The notes: a model not told the origin generated them from the sequence alone. 64,000 nucleotides of DNA from an uncultured Candidatus Saccharibacteria bacterium (GCA_964516975.1 CAZFAS010000001.1:18823-82822), one strand, 5' to 3'; positions 38,792 to 54,400 are shown, counted from the first letter of the stretch. Numbers and translations are program-made.

Positions 38792-39402
38792 AAAGGCCTC
38801 ATGATTTAGTTAAGAACTCACTGCAAAGAATATATCATCACGAGAATTTATGTCCAATTTTAAATTTCTAAATATATAAGTGTTGATAACTTTTTTCATA
38901 AAAATTTTAGAACTGTGTCAAAAAAAATTGAAGAGTGTAAAAGTGAAAAAACTTTTTTCTTTGAGTTGTAAAAATAGGGTATATATTTACTAAGAAATTC
39001 TTAAATATAAATAAATTCGGTTCTTAATCCGAGATGAGTGAGCGCACTTTGAGTTTCACAAATAAATATAAATTCACTACCATAAGTCACATGCAGTTAT
39101 CGCTAAATAGTAAGGTTTATAAATGTTTATATATGTTATTTTTAGTAATTCTCGATTAAACTTTTGTGAAACAAGCTATATAAAATGCATTTGATTATAT
39201 TTCGAGAAATAATTCTTAGATAATACAGTGAATTTTCCATTATGAATTATTTGCCTTTGAAAGTATTTTGTATTGTATTTTTTTGAAACAGAAATACCAC
39301 AAATTATTTTCTATAAAATTTAAAAAATTGATTCAAAATATGCTTACAAATCTGACCAAATTTAATTTACCCTCAGAGTGAATATTGATACCATTTGTGT
39401 GT

Positions 39403-42400
39403 ATGTTTTTTCGATTTTTACCAAGGCAAATTTTAAAAATATCTTCAGTATATTTTACTGTTGTTCTTGTACTTATTTTTGCAATTGCTCCACGCATAAT
39501 TTTTGCTGACGAAGCAAGTAATGTTGATGCCATTGTGACAACCGAAGTGAGTAGTGTGGTTACTTCGACCGTTCCTGAACAGCAAGGCGCGCAACAGGAG
39601 AACTCTATTGTAGATCCAGTTGTTAGTACATCAGTACCAGAGGTTGTTGGCAATGATTCAGCTACCACGTCAAATGTCGAATCAAGTTATGAGGCTGGAG
39701 ATGTTATAGCAACTTCCACATCGGAAATAGCTGTTTCAACAACAACGGATTCAACATTGCCAAATAATGTGGTGATTGATGAATCGGGATCGTCGACTCC
39801 TTCTTTCGCTGCTACTTCTACTCCGAACTCTAGTGATTCTTCTTTTGTACCGAGTCTAGATGCTGTAAGTGGCGCTTCTAGTAGTAGTGTGCCAACATCA
39901 ACGGTTCCAAGTATTGTCGAGCAAGACACACAGACAGGAAAGACTTTGACGATCTCAGCAACCCCCGAGCAAGAGCTTATTACTCCTATGGTTAATATTC
40001 CCGTAAAAACGGAGATACCAGAGATCTTTAAAATTGGTCAGGAAAACCAAATACAAGTGAAGTGGCAGAACAACGGAAATCAGGAAATGCAGTTTACTGC
40101 TCTTGATGAAGACGGAAATGGATACATTGATCATATTGAGTGGATCGTACCTCATTTATCTACGCAGACGTTTTCTATTATTTACATTTCGCATGCGCTC
40201 CAGCTTGATCCAAACAAGAATGTCATTGCTGATATTTATGACCAAGTAAAGGATAAAGATGGTACCTATGCTTATCTATCTGATAGTCAATTCGTTCGTG
40301 CGACATTTGAACATATTTTGGATAATACGAAAGATATAACATTGTATGCTAAGCCACATAATGAAGGATCATCAGTAAAGATTGAAGTATATACTTTGAA
40401 TGGTGATTTAGTTGCTGTATTCGATGCAATAGACCATGAAGGTAAGTATCGAGTATTGCTTACTAACTTGTCTACATCTACTGACACTTTTGATTTGAAA
40501 ATAATAGGCGATGTTGATATTGATCAAATTATTGATCCGGCACCAGCAACAGCTTATTGGGTTGGCGGAACGGGTAATTGGTCAGATGCTGCAAATCACT
40601 GGGCATCTTCATCTGGCGGAGCTCCTGGCGCCGGTAACGCTCCTGATGCTACGAGTAATGTAGTTTTCGATGCTTCATCAGGAGGAGCTGCGACAGTTGT
40701 CACCATTGATTCAAGCGCTACTGTTGGTTCAATGACAATTAGTGCATATACAGGCACCATTATTCAAAATGCAAATCTCACGATAACAAATTCTGGCGGT
40801 CAATCTGGAAATTATGTACAAAATTCCGCAGTTACATTTACTGCAACAAATCCTGGAACAAATACACTTACTGTCACGGGAAGTTTTGCAATTAATGCGG
40901 GAACTTTTAGAAGATACACAGGATTAGGAATTAGTTCAGATCCTTTTCTTATTTATGATGTGTATGGTTTGCAAGGAATGAAGACTTCAACTTCAAGTGC
41001 ATACAAATTAAATAATAATATTAATGCTGCTACAACTACTGGGTGGAATTCTGGTGCAGGTTTTGATCCAATCGGAAATGGATTCCCAAATACCTTCGGA
41101 GGAATTTTCGACGGTAATGGTTACACGATTAGTAACTTATTTATTAGTACTACCACATCAAGTTATGTTGGTTTGTTTGGATACATTACAAATGTCGTTA
41201 AGAATGTAAATCTTTCGAATGTTACTATCGCAGCAACAAGTACAAATGGAACAGCAGGATCAACAGGTTCATCAGGTTCTGATGGATCTGCAACATCAGC
41301 TGGAACAGCAGGTGGTGCTGGTACGGCAGGAAGTACTTTATATTTAGGAGGTATTGCTGGTTATAACACTGGAACAATTACAAATGTAAGTGTGACAGGA
41401 AGTATTACCGGTGCAGGTGGTGCTGGTGGAAATGGTGGAAATGGTGGTAATGGAGGAAATATAAATAGCGGATCAAACACTGCCGGGGCTGGAGGAAATG
41501 CGGTAAGTAATGCGGCTGCTACTGGTGGACTCGCATATGTGGGAGGAATTGTCGGGTATTCACAACAAGGAAGTATTACGACTGCCACAAGTTCGGCAAC
41601 TATTTTAGGTACTGGTGGTGCTGGCGGATCGAGTGGTAATGCAGGTAACGGTGGAAACGGATCAGTTGGGGGTGTTGGAACAGGTATTGGAGGAGCCGGT
41701 GGTGCTGCGGGAGTTGCGGGTGCAGGAAACATTGCATATGTTGGCGGACTTGTTGGCTGGGTTCAGACTGGGACGATCACTTCATCATTTGCAACTGGAA
41801 ATGTTACAGCAAAGGGAGGTGCGGGAGGTAATGCTGGTACATCGGGAACTGGAGGAAATGCTGGTGTTGGCGCTGGAGGTGCAAATATTGGTGGTATTGG
41901 AGGCGCAGGTGCGGCAGGAGGTGCAGCTGGCGCATCATATGCAGGTGGACTTGTTGGAAACAATTTAGGGACAATTCAAAATGGAAGCTTTGCAACTGGT
42001 AATGTTCAATCGATTGCAGGAACACCAGGTACAGCATCGGCAGGAAGTGCAAGTGGCGCCTCAGCTTCAGGTTCAATAGCAACTGCTGCATCAAGTGCAA
42101 CCGCAACAGGAGGAGCCGGAGGTGCAGGAGCAATAGCATATGCTGGAGGACTTGTTGCTCAAAATGGTACATCTGGAATCATAACCGGTACATCTACCAT
42201 TGTGTATGCAAGTGGAACAGTCACAGCCACTGGATCAGCGGGAAGAAATGGTGCTGCTGGTGGTGCCGGTGGTAGTGCTAGTTTAACTACATCAGGTACT
42301 GGAGGTGTTGGGGGTGCTGCCGGAAATGGTGGTGCGGGGGGTGCTGTATACGCAGGTGGATTAGTTGGTTTGAATGCGGGGACTGTAATTTCCGCAAGTT

Positions 42401-45400
42401 CAAATACTGGGCTCATCACAGTAAATGGCGGTAATGGTGGAATCGGTGGTACAGGTGGTGCAGGAGGAGCGAAGGGTTCAGCTGGTACATCAGGTGCAGG
42501 TGGCGCTTCTGGTACAGGAGGATCTGCAGCTGTTACTTCAACATACGCTGGTGGATTAGTTGGTAGTAACACTGGATTTATACAAACGGCATCTTCGACA
42601 AATGCAGTTAGTGCACAAGCTGGTACTGGCGGTGCCGGGGGAACTGGAGTGGCAGCACAAACAGGACTTGCAGGTCTTGCCGGGGGAACTGGAGGAGCTG
42701 CTGGCATACTATATATAGGAGGTATTGCGGGTAACAGTACCCTTTCAATAGCTGATAGTTATCACACTACTGGTGCTATAAATGGAACTGCGGGAAATGG
42801 AGGTGCAGCAGGAGCAGGTGGTGCCGGTGGTACATGGTCAGGAGGAACTGCTGGTGCTGCAGGAACTGCAATTATCGGAGGTGTTGTATATGCGGGAGGT
42901 ATTGTTGGAAATAATACAGGTACAACAATCATTAATTCGTATTCGACATCTGATGTTACCGGAACATCAGGAACTGGTGGTGCGGGAGCAAACGGTGGTG
43001 ATGGTTATACATTTACAGCAGGTGTGGCTGGAATTGGTGGAAGTGTCGGTTTAACAGGAGGTATTGCTTATGTTGGTGGTGTCGTTGGATATTTGAACAA
43101 TGGTGAAATTACAAATTCATATTCAACTGGGATAATTACAGCAGACGGTGGTAACGGAGGAAATGGTGGTAACGGAGGAAATGGTGGCGCTGGGTCAGCA
43201 GGAACTGGAGGAGCGGGCGGTGCTGGTGCAGCGGGTGGTGCGGGAGGAGCTGCATTCGCTGGTGGAGTTGCAGGAAATATAGTACTTGGTGTTGTTACAA
43301 ATAGTTACAATACTGGAAATGTAATTGCAATTGCAGGAAATGGCGGTAATGCAGGAAATGGCGGTAACGGAGGAAATGGTGGTACAAATTTTGCAGGTGG
43401 AACTGGAACTGTTGCCGGTGCTGGTGGCGCTGGTGCAGTTGCAACAGCAGGAGGTGTTGCTGGACAAAGTGCGGGAGTAATTCAAGCAAATTCGTATTCA
43501 ACAGGAAATGTAACTGCAACTGCAGGTAGTGCACAAGTTGGCGGAACTGGTGGTAACGGAGGTGCGTCAGCTGGAACATTTGTTGGTGCTGGAGCTGTAG
43601 GTGGTGCAGGTGGAGCGGGTGGCGCTGGTGCAATTGCATATGCTGCAGGTATTGTTGGAAACAACACAAACACTATCCAGAATTCTTATGCGGGTGGGAC
43701 AATTTTGGCGACAGCATCAGCGGGTGCAAATGGTGGCGCTGCTGGTCTTGGTGGAAGTAATGCAACAGGAGGTTCATCAAGTACTGGAGCAGCAGGTGCA
43801 AACGGTGGAGCAGGTGGAGCAGGTGCAGTTGCATACGCAGGAGGTATAGCAGGATTAAATACAGCAATAATTACAAATACATATATTGAATCTGGATCAG
43901 CAACTGCCGCTGGAGGTGCAGGTGGTGCTGGTAATACTGGAGGTGCAGGTGGAGTAGCAGGCACAGGTGCATTGGGCGCTACTGGAGGTACAGGTGGAGC
44001 AGGTGGAGCAGGAGCAATCGGTTACGCTGGTGGATTAATTGCATTTAATTCTGCAGGAACAATAAATAACTCTCATGCATTTATACTTGCAAGTTCAACT
44101 TCGGGCTCTTCGGGTAATGGTGGAACTGGTGGTGCTGGTGGTTATGCAAGCACTGGCGGAACAGGTGGTATTGGTGTTGTGGGTGCTGCAAGTTATGCAG
44201 GAGGTGCTGTTGGAATGAATACTGGAATAATAAGCAATGTATATGCAACAGGAAATGTGATTGCACGTGGTGGTGCAGGAAGCTCAAATGGTGGTGGTGG
44301 AAACGGTGGAACAAGTAGTACTTCAGCAGGAGGTGCGGGAGGTGCAGCTGGTGCTGCTACAACGAACCTCGGAGGAGTAGCATACGCTGGTGGACTTGTT
44401 GGTTTTAATTCAACAAACGGAATTATTCAAAGCGCTTCACATGCAAGTGGCAATGCGACTTCAACAGGTGGTGTTGGTGCAAGTGGTTTAACAGGCGGAT
44501 CTGGTGGTACGTCAACAGGTGCATTTACTGGAGGTGTCGGCATTGCTGGAGGTCCAGGACTTTCAGGTGGAGTTGCAGCTTCAGGGGGTTTAGTTGGATT
44601 TAATTCTGGATCTGTCGCTTCAGATTCTTATGCAAGTGGAAGTGTTTATGCAAATGGCGGTGCTGGTGGTAATGGGGGTAATGGAGGTAATGGAGGCGCG
44701 AGTGGAGCAGGTGTTGTTGGAGTTGCAGGAGTTGGTGGTGGAGTGGGACTTGCTGGAGGTGCTGCATACGCAGGAGGAGTGATTGGAAACGATAGTGTAC
44801 TTGGTACAACAATTTCAATTCCGAATACTACTGGAAGTGTGAATTCACTTGGTGGCACTGGTGGCAACGGCGGAAACGGAGGTAATGGAGGTAATGGTGG
44901 AAGTTCAACTGGTGCAATAGGAGGAGCGGGAGGAATAGCAGGTGCAGGAGGAAACGGTGGACTTGCAGCAAGTGGAGGAATCATGGGACTAAATGTTGGA
45001 GTAATCCATGATGTCACGTATACGATTACATCAATTAATGCACTTGGCGGTGTTGCTGGAACGGGTGGTACAGGAGGAAATGCTGGTGCATCAGGAAATG
45101 TTTCTGGTTCAGCGGGAGCAACTGCGGGTGCTGGTGGTGCTGGTGGAATTGGAGGTGCAACATACATTGGCGGACTTGTCGGAGACAACTCTGGTGTAAT
45201 TGTTGATTCAATAGTAATTGGAAGTTTAACTGCAACTGGTAGAAATGGTGGAAATGGTGGCGTGGGAGGTACTGGTGGAGATGGAACGTTAGGTACTGGT
45301 GGACATGCTGGTGGTGTGGGTGGTGCTGGTGGTAACGGTTCATCTGGTGGAGCTGTGTACATTGGAGGACTTGTTGGACAGGGAAACGGTAATATTCAAA

Positions 45401-48400
45401 AGTCGCAAGCAGTTGGTGGAACAATAACAGTAACTTCAGGTGGAAATGGCGGTACTGGTGGTGCGGGTGCTGCAGGAGGTGCAGGAGGTACTGGTAGTGG
45501 AAAAAATGGAGTAGGTGGAGCAGGTGGTACTGGAGGAGTTGTAGGACCTGTATACGCTGGCGGTGCTATAGGATTCAATTCATTAGTATCAGTATTAATT
45601 GATACAGTTTATTCAACGAATAATGTGTCCGTTACTGCAGGTTCAGGAGGAAATGGGGGTGCAGGTGTTGCTGGGGTAAACGGAGCAGCAGGAAGTGCAG
45701 GTGGTGGAGGGGGTGGAGGAGGTGCAGTTGGTGTTGCGGTATATGGTGGAGGACTTGAAGGATATAACTCTGGTGCTGCACAAAATATTTTTAATTCATA
45801 TGCAACTGGCAATGTTACTGTAAATGGTGGCAATGGTGGTACAGGGCAAGTTGGAGGTACAGGAGGTGCAGCAATAAGTGCAGTTGTTGGAGGTGCAGGA
45901 GGTGCAGGTGGAATTGGAGGTGCAGGAGGTTTTGCATATGGTGGTGGACTTGTTGGGTTTACAAATGCATTAGTATCAATCGCATCAACATCTGCAACAG
46001 GTAATGTCACTGTTATTGCAGGTAATGGCGGTAATGCTGGCAATGGCGGAGCAGGTGCACTTGGCGGAGCAGGTCAGGTTGGAGGTGCTGGCGGAGCAGG
46101 AGGTGCTGCTGGACTAGGTGGAGCGTCATACACCGGAGGTTTGGTTGGTCTCGTAACTTCAGGTGACATTGTAAATTCATTTTCAACTGGAATAATTCAA
46201 GGTACATCAGGTAATGGAGGTAACTCTGGCGCAGGAGGTGCTGGAGGTGCGGGAGGTTCAGGAGTGACAGGAACAATTGGTACCGCAGGAACACTTGGAG
46301 CAAATGGAGGTGTAAATTACACAGGAGGTTTAGTTGGTGATAACACCTCATCAATTGTTAGTTCATATCATAGTGGTGGTGCTATCTCTGCTACAAGTGG
46401 TAATGGTGGTAATGGTGGAGCGGGCGGTAATGGTGGAGCATCTGGAAGTATTACGAACGGTACAGCTGTTGCTGGCGGTGCAGGTGCAAACGGTGGAGTT
46501 GGCGGTGCGGTTTCTGTTGGAGGTCTTGTGGGAAGAAATGGAGTAACAGCATTATCTGCAGTTATTACGAGCTCGTATGCGACAACAAATGTTACAGCTC
46601 TTGGTGGTAACGGAGGAAATGGAGGAGTTGGAGGAAATGGAGGTGATGGATCTTCAGGTACAAATCATATTGGTGGAGTTGGCGGTGCGGGAGGAGCAGG
46701 AGGTGCTGCAGCAACTGGTCTTGCAGGATCAGTACAGGCTGGTGGACTTGTTGGTCAAAATATTTTAGGAACAATTACTGGTAGTTATGCTCAGACTGGT
46801 ACAGTAACAGCGACAGGAGGTACTGGCGGTTCAGCTGCACTAGGTGGAACTGGTGGAGTGGGAACAGGTACGGCAGTATATGGTGCTGGTGGAGCAGGTG
46901 CTGCAGGAGGCGCAGGTGGATCTGTATATGCAGGTGGACTTGTTGGTTATACAACTGGTGTTGTTGAGGGCGGATCATATTCTAAAACGACACTTAATCT
47001 ATTTGGTGGATCTGGTGCAAATGGTACAAATGGTATTACTGCAAGTGCAAATACCGGAGCTGCGGGAAGTGTTCCTGGTGGTGGAGGTGCATCTGGAATA
47101 ATTTATGCTGGTGGACTTATTGGATACACAACTTCTGATGTTGTTTCTTCTTATGCAAGCTATGATGCTGGCACGGGAAAAGGCAATATCACAGTAACTG
47201 GAGGAACTCCAGGTAATGGTGGTAATGCAGGAAGTGGTGGATCTGGTCTTGTTGCAGGTGGAGCAGGTGGTGCGGGAGCAGTAGCTACGCTTGGAACAGG
47301 AGGTGCATCATCAGGAGCATTTGTTGGAGGACTTCTTGGATTTAGCTCAGGAGTAATAACATCATCATACGCAGAATCTCTCAGTATTTCTGGAACTGAG
47401 CAGACTGGTGGAACAGGAGGTAATGGGGGAAATGGAGGTGCGGGTGTTGGAGCAAATAACGGAGGTGTTGGTGCAATTGGTGGTGCAGGTGGAGCTGGAG
47501 GTGTGAGAGGTTTCGGTGGACTTGTTGGTGATTACTTACCAACACTTGGTTCAATACAGGGTAATTCATATTCAACTGTAACAATTTCAGTAGTTAGCGG
47601 TAATGGTGGTAATGGAGGTAATGGTGGTAATGGAGGAACATCTGGTGCGAGTCAATCAAGTGGAACTGCTGCTGTTGCGGGTGTTGGTGGTGCAGGTGGA
47701 GCAGGAGCGGCTGCATATGGTGGTGGGCTCGTAGGACGTATCACAGGTACCACACAGGTTATACAAGTTGCAAATTCATACGCAAGTGGAAACGTTTCAG
47801 TTACAAGTGGTAATGGTGGTAATGGTGGTACAGGTGGAAATGGAGGAAATGGATCAACAGGAAGTTCAACTCATGCTGGAGCAGCTGGTGGACTTGGTGG
47901 AGTCGCGGGTGTTGGCGGTGAGGCAGATGCTGGCGGTCTTGTTGGGCTCAGTAACTTAACAACAGGATCCGTAGATTATATTTCTGTATATGCAACGGGT
48001 TATGCAAGTTCAACAGCAGGAAACGGTGGGACACAAGGGACTGGCGGTAATGGTGGTGCATCTGCTAGTGGTGCAGCAGGTGGAGCTGGAGGTGGAGCAG
48101 TGTTAACTCCACCAGCTGGAGGTGCGGCTTATGCAGGAGGGCTTATAGGCATAAATAGAATTACAACAACGCCAGGACAAAGTGACATAATAAATTCATA
48201 TTCAACTGGTTTAGTAAGTGCAAAGGGAGGAGTAGGTTCTATTGGGAATCAAGGAGGTAATGGTGGTACTGGAGGAACAATCGGTGGTGCAGGTGGAGCT
48301 GGAGGTGCATCAGGAATTGGTGGTGAAGCAGATGCTGGAGGTCTTGTAGGATTATCAAGTGTGACAACTGGTTTTGTGCATTATCAAAATAGCTTTGCAA

Positions 48401-51400
48401 CAAATGGTACAGTTACTGCAATTGGTGGAGCATCAGGTGCTGGTGGAAGTGCAGGAAGTTCAACTGCAGGTGGGTCAGGTGCAGGAGGAACAACAGGAGC
48501 ATCTGGTGCAAGTGCGGCTGGAGGTGCGGCATATGCTGGAGGATTAATTGCACAACTGAACGCAACAGCAAGTAATAACCAATTAGTTACAGCAAGTTAT
48601 TCAACTTTATCAGTAAGTGCAACTGGTGGAGCAAGTGGTAATGGTGCAAATGGAGTAATTGGTGGCGCTGGTGGAACAGCATCAATCGGAGGTGTTGGTG
48701 GATCAGGTGGAGTGTCTGGAGCTGGAGGTGCTGCGTATGCAGGAGGGCTTATTGGTACAAACGGAACAGCAGCACTTGCTGGTGGTGGTGTAATTGAAAG
48801 TGGATCCTATGCTACTGGTGATGTTAATTCAATAAGTGGTGTTGTTGGATCTGCGGGTACTGGTGGCGCTGGTGGAGCAAGCAATAGTGGTACTGCAACG
48901 TTAGCGGCTGGTGGAGGAACAGTTGGTACCACTGGTGCTGGAGGTGCAGCATACGCAGGTGGGCTTGTTGGAATTAATGCAGCAACCGGCGTAATTCTTA
49001 ATTCATATGCAGCTGGAAGTGTAACTTCGCTTGCAAGAAATGGTGGTCAGGGTGGTACAGGTGGAAATGGAGGTGATGCATCATTAAGTACAGGTACGGG
49101 AGGACCCGGAACAATTGGAGGTGCTGCTGGTGCAGGTGGCGATAGCTATGCGGGAGGACTTATCGGATATAACGTAAATGCACTTAACACAGTTACAACG
49201 AGTTATTCAACTGGCACAACGATAAGTGGAACAAGTGGAAATGGAGGTCAAGGTGGTACAGGTGGAAATGGAGGAAGTGCAGGTATAGCTGCTGCGGGTG
49301 GAGCTGCTGGTGCAGGTGCAACTGCTGGTGCTGCTGGCACATTATATGTAGGAGGTTTGATTGGAAGAAATGATGGAACCGTACTTCTATATTCATATTC
49401 GACATCAAATGTTGTTGGAGTTGCGGGTACTGGTGGCGCTGGTGGAAACGGAGGTAATGGTGCAAATGGTGCAGTTGGAACATCGGGTAATGGAGGAAAT
49501 GGAGGAGTAGGTGGCTCAGCCACTGCTGGAGGCGCAGGAGGTATCGCTTATATTGGTGGATTTGTTGGAAGAAATGAGACCACAAGAGTAATAAAAGATT
49601 CATACGCTCTTGGAACCGTGACTGCAAGTGGTGGTGCTGGAGGTGCAGGAGGTGTTGGTGGCAATGGTGGCAATGGTGGTAATGGTGCGTCTGCAGGAAC
49701 AGGTGGTACAGGAGGCAATGCAGGCGCAAGTGGTGCAGGGACGGTAGGAGGTGTTAAGTATGGTGGAGGATTTGCAGGTTATAATTTCGGTACAATTTCT
49801 ACTGTTTATTCTGTTGGTACAGTTTCTGTCACAGGATCAAATGGTGGTGCCGCTGGTAATGGTGGTAATGCAGGTAATGGAGGTAATGGAGGTGCAAGTG
49901 GTGCAGGTGGTATAGGTGGAAATCAGGGAGCAACATCAAATGCTGGAAATGGAGGAGTTCTTCATGCTGGAGGTTTGATCGGATATAATTTTACTGCAGG
50001 TGTACTTTCTAATTCATGGACAGCTGGAAGTGTTGTAACTTTTGGAGGTGCGGGTGGTGCAGCAGGTATTCGAGGAACAGCGGGAACTGGTGGAGATGGT
50101 GGAACTCTTGCGGGTGGAGCTGGAGGTGCAAGTGTTGTTGGAAGTGCAGGTGGAGCTGGCGGAGCAAGTATAGCGGGAGGTCTCATTGGTTCAAATATAA
50201 CCACAGGATCATTTAGTAATAGTTATGCATCCACAACTGTGACGATGACTGGTGGAAATGGTGCAGATGGTGGCGTTGGTGGATCTGGTGGTAATGGAGG
50301 AACTGGTGGATCCGGCGGATCTGGAAATGGCGGTGCAGGTCAAGCTGGCTCATTAGGAGGTGCTGGTGGTAATGGTGGCGCAGTAACAGGAGGAGGTTTG
50401 GTTGGTGATAATACAGGTGCAATTACTAACGCGTATGCATTAGGAAATATTATTGCGAGCGCGGGTATTCCTGGTGCTGGTGGAATTGGAGGTGCTGGTG
50501 GTAATGGTGGCGCAGCTGGTGGTGGAAGTGTTGGCTCAAATGGAAGTGGTGCGAATGGTGGAGGAGGTGGAGCGGGTGCAAACGCTTTAGTTGGAGGGTT
50601 GCTTGGTAGCCATGCAACTTCACTTGCATCAAGTACGTATTCTGTTGGCGTACCAACAGCAACAAAGTCATCAGGTGGCGTAGGTGGGGCAGGTGGTGCA
50701 GCAGGAACAGGAGGTTCAGGAGGTAGCGCTGGCTCAACTGGAGCAGCCGGATCTTCAGCAGCACTCCAGTATGCGGGTGGTATTGTCGGCAATCCTGTAA
50801 GTGGAACGTGGGCATCAAGTTATTGGGATGTTACAACTTCAGGAAAAACTGATGGAGCGGGGAATGCAACAACTCCGACAAACACAGTAGGAAAAACTAC
50901 TACGCAGATGAAACAGCAAGCAACATTTGTTGGTTGGGACTTCACCATTTTCCCAGTTTGGGACATTGTGGCGGCATCAACATATCCATACTTTAATTAT
51001 CAAACTTCTCCAGATGCTCCAACAAATGTTACTGCTATTGCTGGAAATGGTCAGGCGACAATCACGTTTACTCCGCCAGCAAATATGGGAGGTGGGCAAA
51101 TACTATCTTATACCGTAACATCTTCTCCTGGTGGATTTACAGCAACTGCAGGGGCTTCACCTATAGTTGTTACTGGTTTAACAAACGGCGTTGTGTACAC
51201 ATTTACTGTTACAGCAACAAATGCAAATGGTACCAGCGTCTCTTCAGCAACTAGTAACGCTGTCACACCAGCAACAGTTCCGGATGCACCAACAATCGGC
51301 ACTGCAACTGCTGGAAATGGTCAGGCAACAATAACCTTTACTCCGCCTGTTTCAAATGGAGGTTCAACGATTTTGTATTACACAGTTTCGTCTAATACGG

Positions 51401-54400
51401 GAGGATTTACAGTATATGCTGGGTCATCACCTGTCGTTGTAACTGGTCTCTCAAATGGCACACCATATACATTTACCGTGACAGCAACAAATGCAGTTGG
51501 GACAAGTTCAGCATCAGCAACTACAAATTCTGTCACACCAGCAACAGTTCCGGATGCACCAACAATTGGCACTGCAACTGCTGGAAATGGTCAGGCAACA
51601 ATCACATTTACTCCACCAGTATCAAACGGAGGAAGTGCTATTACGTATTACACAGTCACATCAAACTCAGGCGGATTCACTGCGTATGGTGGTTCATCAC
51701 CAATTACAATCACAGGTCTCTCAAATGGAACACCATATACATTTACCGTGACAGCAACAAATGCAGTTGGGACAAGTACAGCATCATCTGCAAGTAATTC
51801 AATTACACCTGCCACCGTCCCAGACGCACCAACTTCTGTTACGGCAGTTCGAGGAAATGGTCAGGCAACAATCACATTTACTCCACCAGTATCAAACGGG
51901 GGGAGTGCTATTACGTATTACACTGTGTACTCAAACACGGGTGGATTCACCGCAACTGGTGGAAGTTCGCCAATTACGATTACAGGATTAAATAATGGAA
52001 CGGCATATACATTTACTGTAAAAGCTACAAATGCGATTGGTACAAGTTCTGCTTCTGCAACAAGTAATTCCGTGACTCCGGCAACAGTTCCGGATGCACC
52101 GACAGGTGTAACAGCAGTTCGAGGAAATGGCGAAGCTACGATTTCATTTAGTGCACCTTCATCTGATGGAGGTTCATCAATTATTAGATATACGGTTACT
52201 TCAAGCATTGGTGGGTTAACTGCAACTGGTGCAAGTTCGCCAATTACAATCACAGGTCTTTCTAATGGGACTTCGTATACGTTTACTGTTACTGCCACAA
52301 ATGCGATTGGCACAAGCACAGCATCATCTGCAAGTAATTCGATTTCACCTGCTACTGTTCCAGATGCACCAATTATAGGAACTGCAACTGCAGGAAATGG
52401 CGAAGCTACGGTTACATTTTCGCCACCAGTAAATGATGGATATTCATCAATCCTGTATTACACTGTTTCGTCTAATACTGGTGGATTTACAGTATATGCT
52501 GGGTCATCACCTGTCGTTGTAACTGGTCTCTCAAATGGCACAACATATACATTTACTGTAACTGCCACAAATGCAGTTGGTACAAGTACAGCGTCAAGTC
52601 CGACAAATTCTGTGATGCCAGTTACTGTACCAAGTGCTCCAACATCTGTTAGTGCTACAGCCGGAAATGGTGAAGCTACGATTTCATTCACAGCATCTGC
52701 ATCTGATGGTGGTAGTGCGATAACAACGTATACTGTCACTTCTAATACTGGTGGATTCACTGCAACCGGTGGAAGTTCACCAATTACAGTAACTGGCCTC
52801 TCAAATGGCACAACATATACATTTACCGTGACAGCAAGTAATGCGTACGGAACAAGTTCTGCCTCCGCAACTACAAACTCTGTTACACCTGCCACCGTCC
52901 CAGACGCACCAACTTCTGTTACGGCAGTTCGAGGAAATGGTCAGGCAACAATCACATTTACTCCACCAGTATCAAACGGGGGGAGTGCTATTACGTATTA
53001 CACTGTGTACTCAAACACGGGTGGATTCACCGCAACTGGTGGAAGTTCGCCAATTACGATTACAGGATTAAATAATGGAACGGCATATACATTTACTGTA
53101 AAAGCTACAAATGCGATTGGTACAAGTTCTGCTTCTGCAACAAGTAATTCCGTGACTCCAGCAACAGTTCCAGATGCACCAACAATCGGCACTGCAACTG
53201 CTGGAAATGGTCAGGCGACAATCACATTTACTCCACCATCAAATACTGGAGGCTCGTCTATTTCATACTATACAGTATCGTCTAATGTCGGTAATTTTGT
53301 CGCTTATAGTGCAAGTTCACCAGTAACTATTTCAGGGCTTTCGAATGGCACAACATATACGTTTACTGTAACTGCCACAAATGCAGTTGGGACAAGTACA
53401 GCGTCAAGTCCGACAAATTCTGTAGTGCCTGCTACGGTTCCTGATGCCCCAACTTCTGTTACAGCAGTACGAGGTGATGGTCAGGCAATAATCTCATTTA
53501 CTCCGCCTGTTTCAAACGGAGGTAGTACGATTACAACATATACAGTTGCATCAAATATTGGCGGATTTGTTGCTACGGGTGGAAGTTCTCCAATCATAAT
53601 TACCGGTCTTTCCAATGGGACTTCATACACATTTACTGTTACAGCAAAAAATAGTGTTGGTACAAGTGCGAGTTCAACACCATCAAATTCTATAACACCT
53701 GCTTCTACGCCAGGATCACCGACAGGTGTAACAGCAGTTCGAGGAAATGGTGAAGCTACGATTTCATTTAGTGCACCTTCATCTGATGGAGGTAGTGCTA
53801 TTACATATTACACAGTCACATCAAACACGGGTGGATTCACTGCGTATGGTGGTTCATCACCAATTACAATCACAGGTCTTTCAAATGGAACACCATATAC
53901 GTTTACCGTGACAGCAACAAATGCAGTTGGTACAAGTTCTGCTTCTGCAACAAGTAATTCCGTGACTCCAGCAACAGTTCCGGATGCACCAACTTCTGTT
54001 ACTGCCGTACGTGGTGATGGTGAGGCAACAATCACATTTACTCCATCAGTATCAAACGGAGGGAGTGCTATTACGTATTACACTGTGTACTCAAACACGG
54101 GTGGATTCACCGCAACTGGTGGAAGTTCGCCAATTACGATTACAGGATTAAATAATGGAACGGCATATACATTTACTGTAAAAGCTACAAATGCGATTGG
54201 TACAAGTACTTCATCTGGAACAAGCAATGCTGTAACTCCGGCAGGTGCACCTGGAACACCAACAGGTGTAACTGCCGTACGTGGTGATGGTCAAGCAACA
54301 ATCTCATTTACTCCGCCTGTTTCAAACGGAGGCAGTGCGATTACTACATATACCGTTACTTCTAATATTGGTGGATTCACAGCAACGGGGGGTTCATCAC

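Noticed and set aside
38830-39400. Replication origin
   Set aside because: Only one imperfect DnaA box, no box cluster and no dnaA/dnaN nearby
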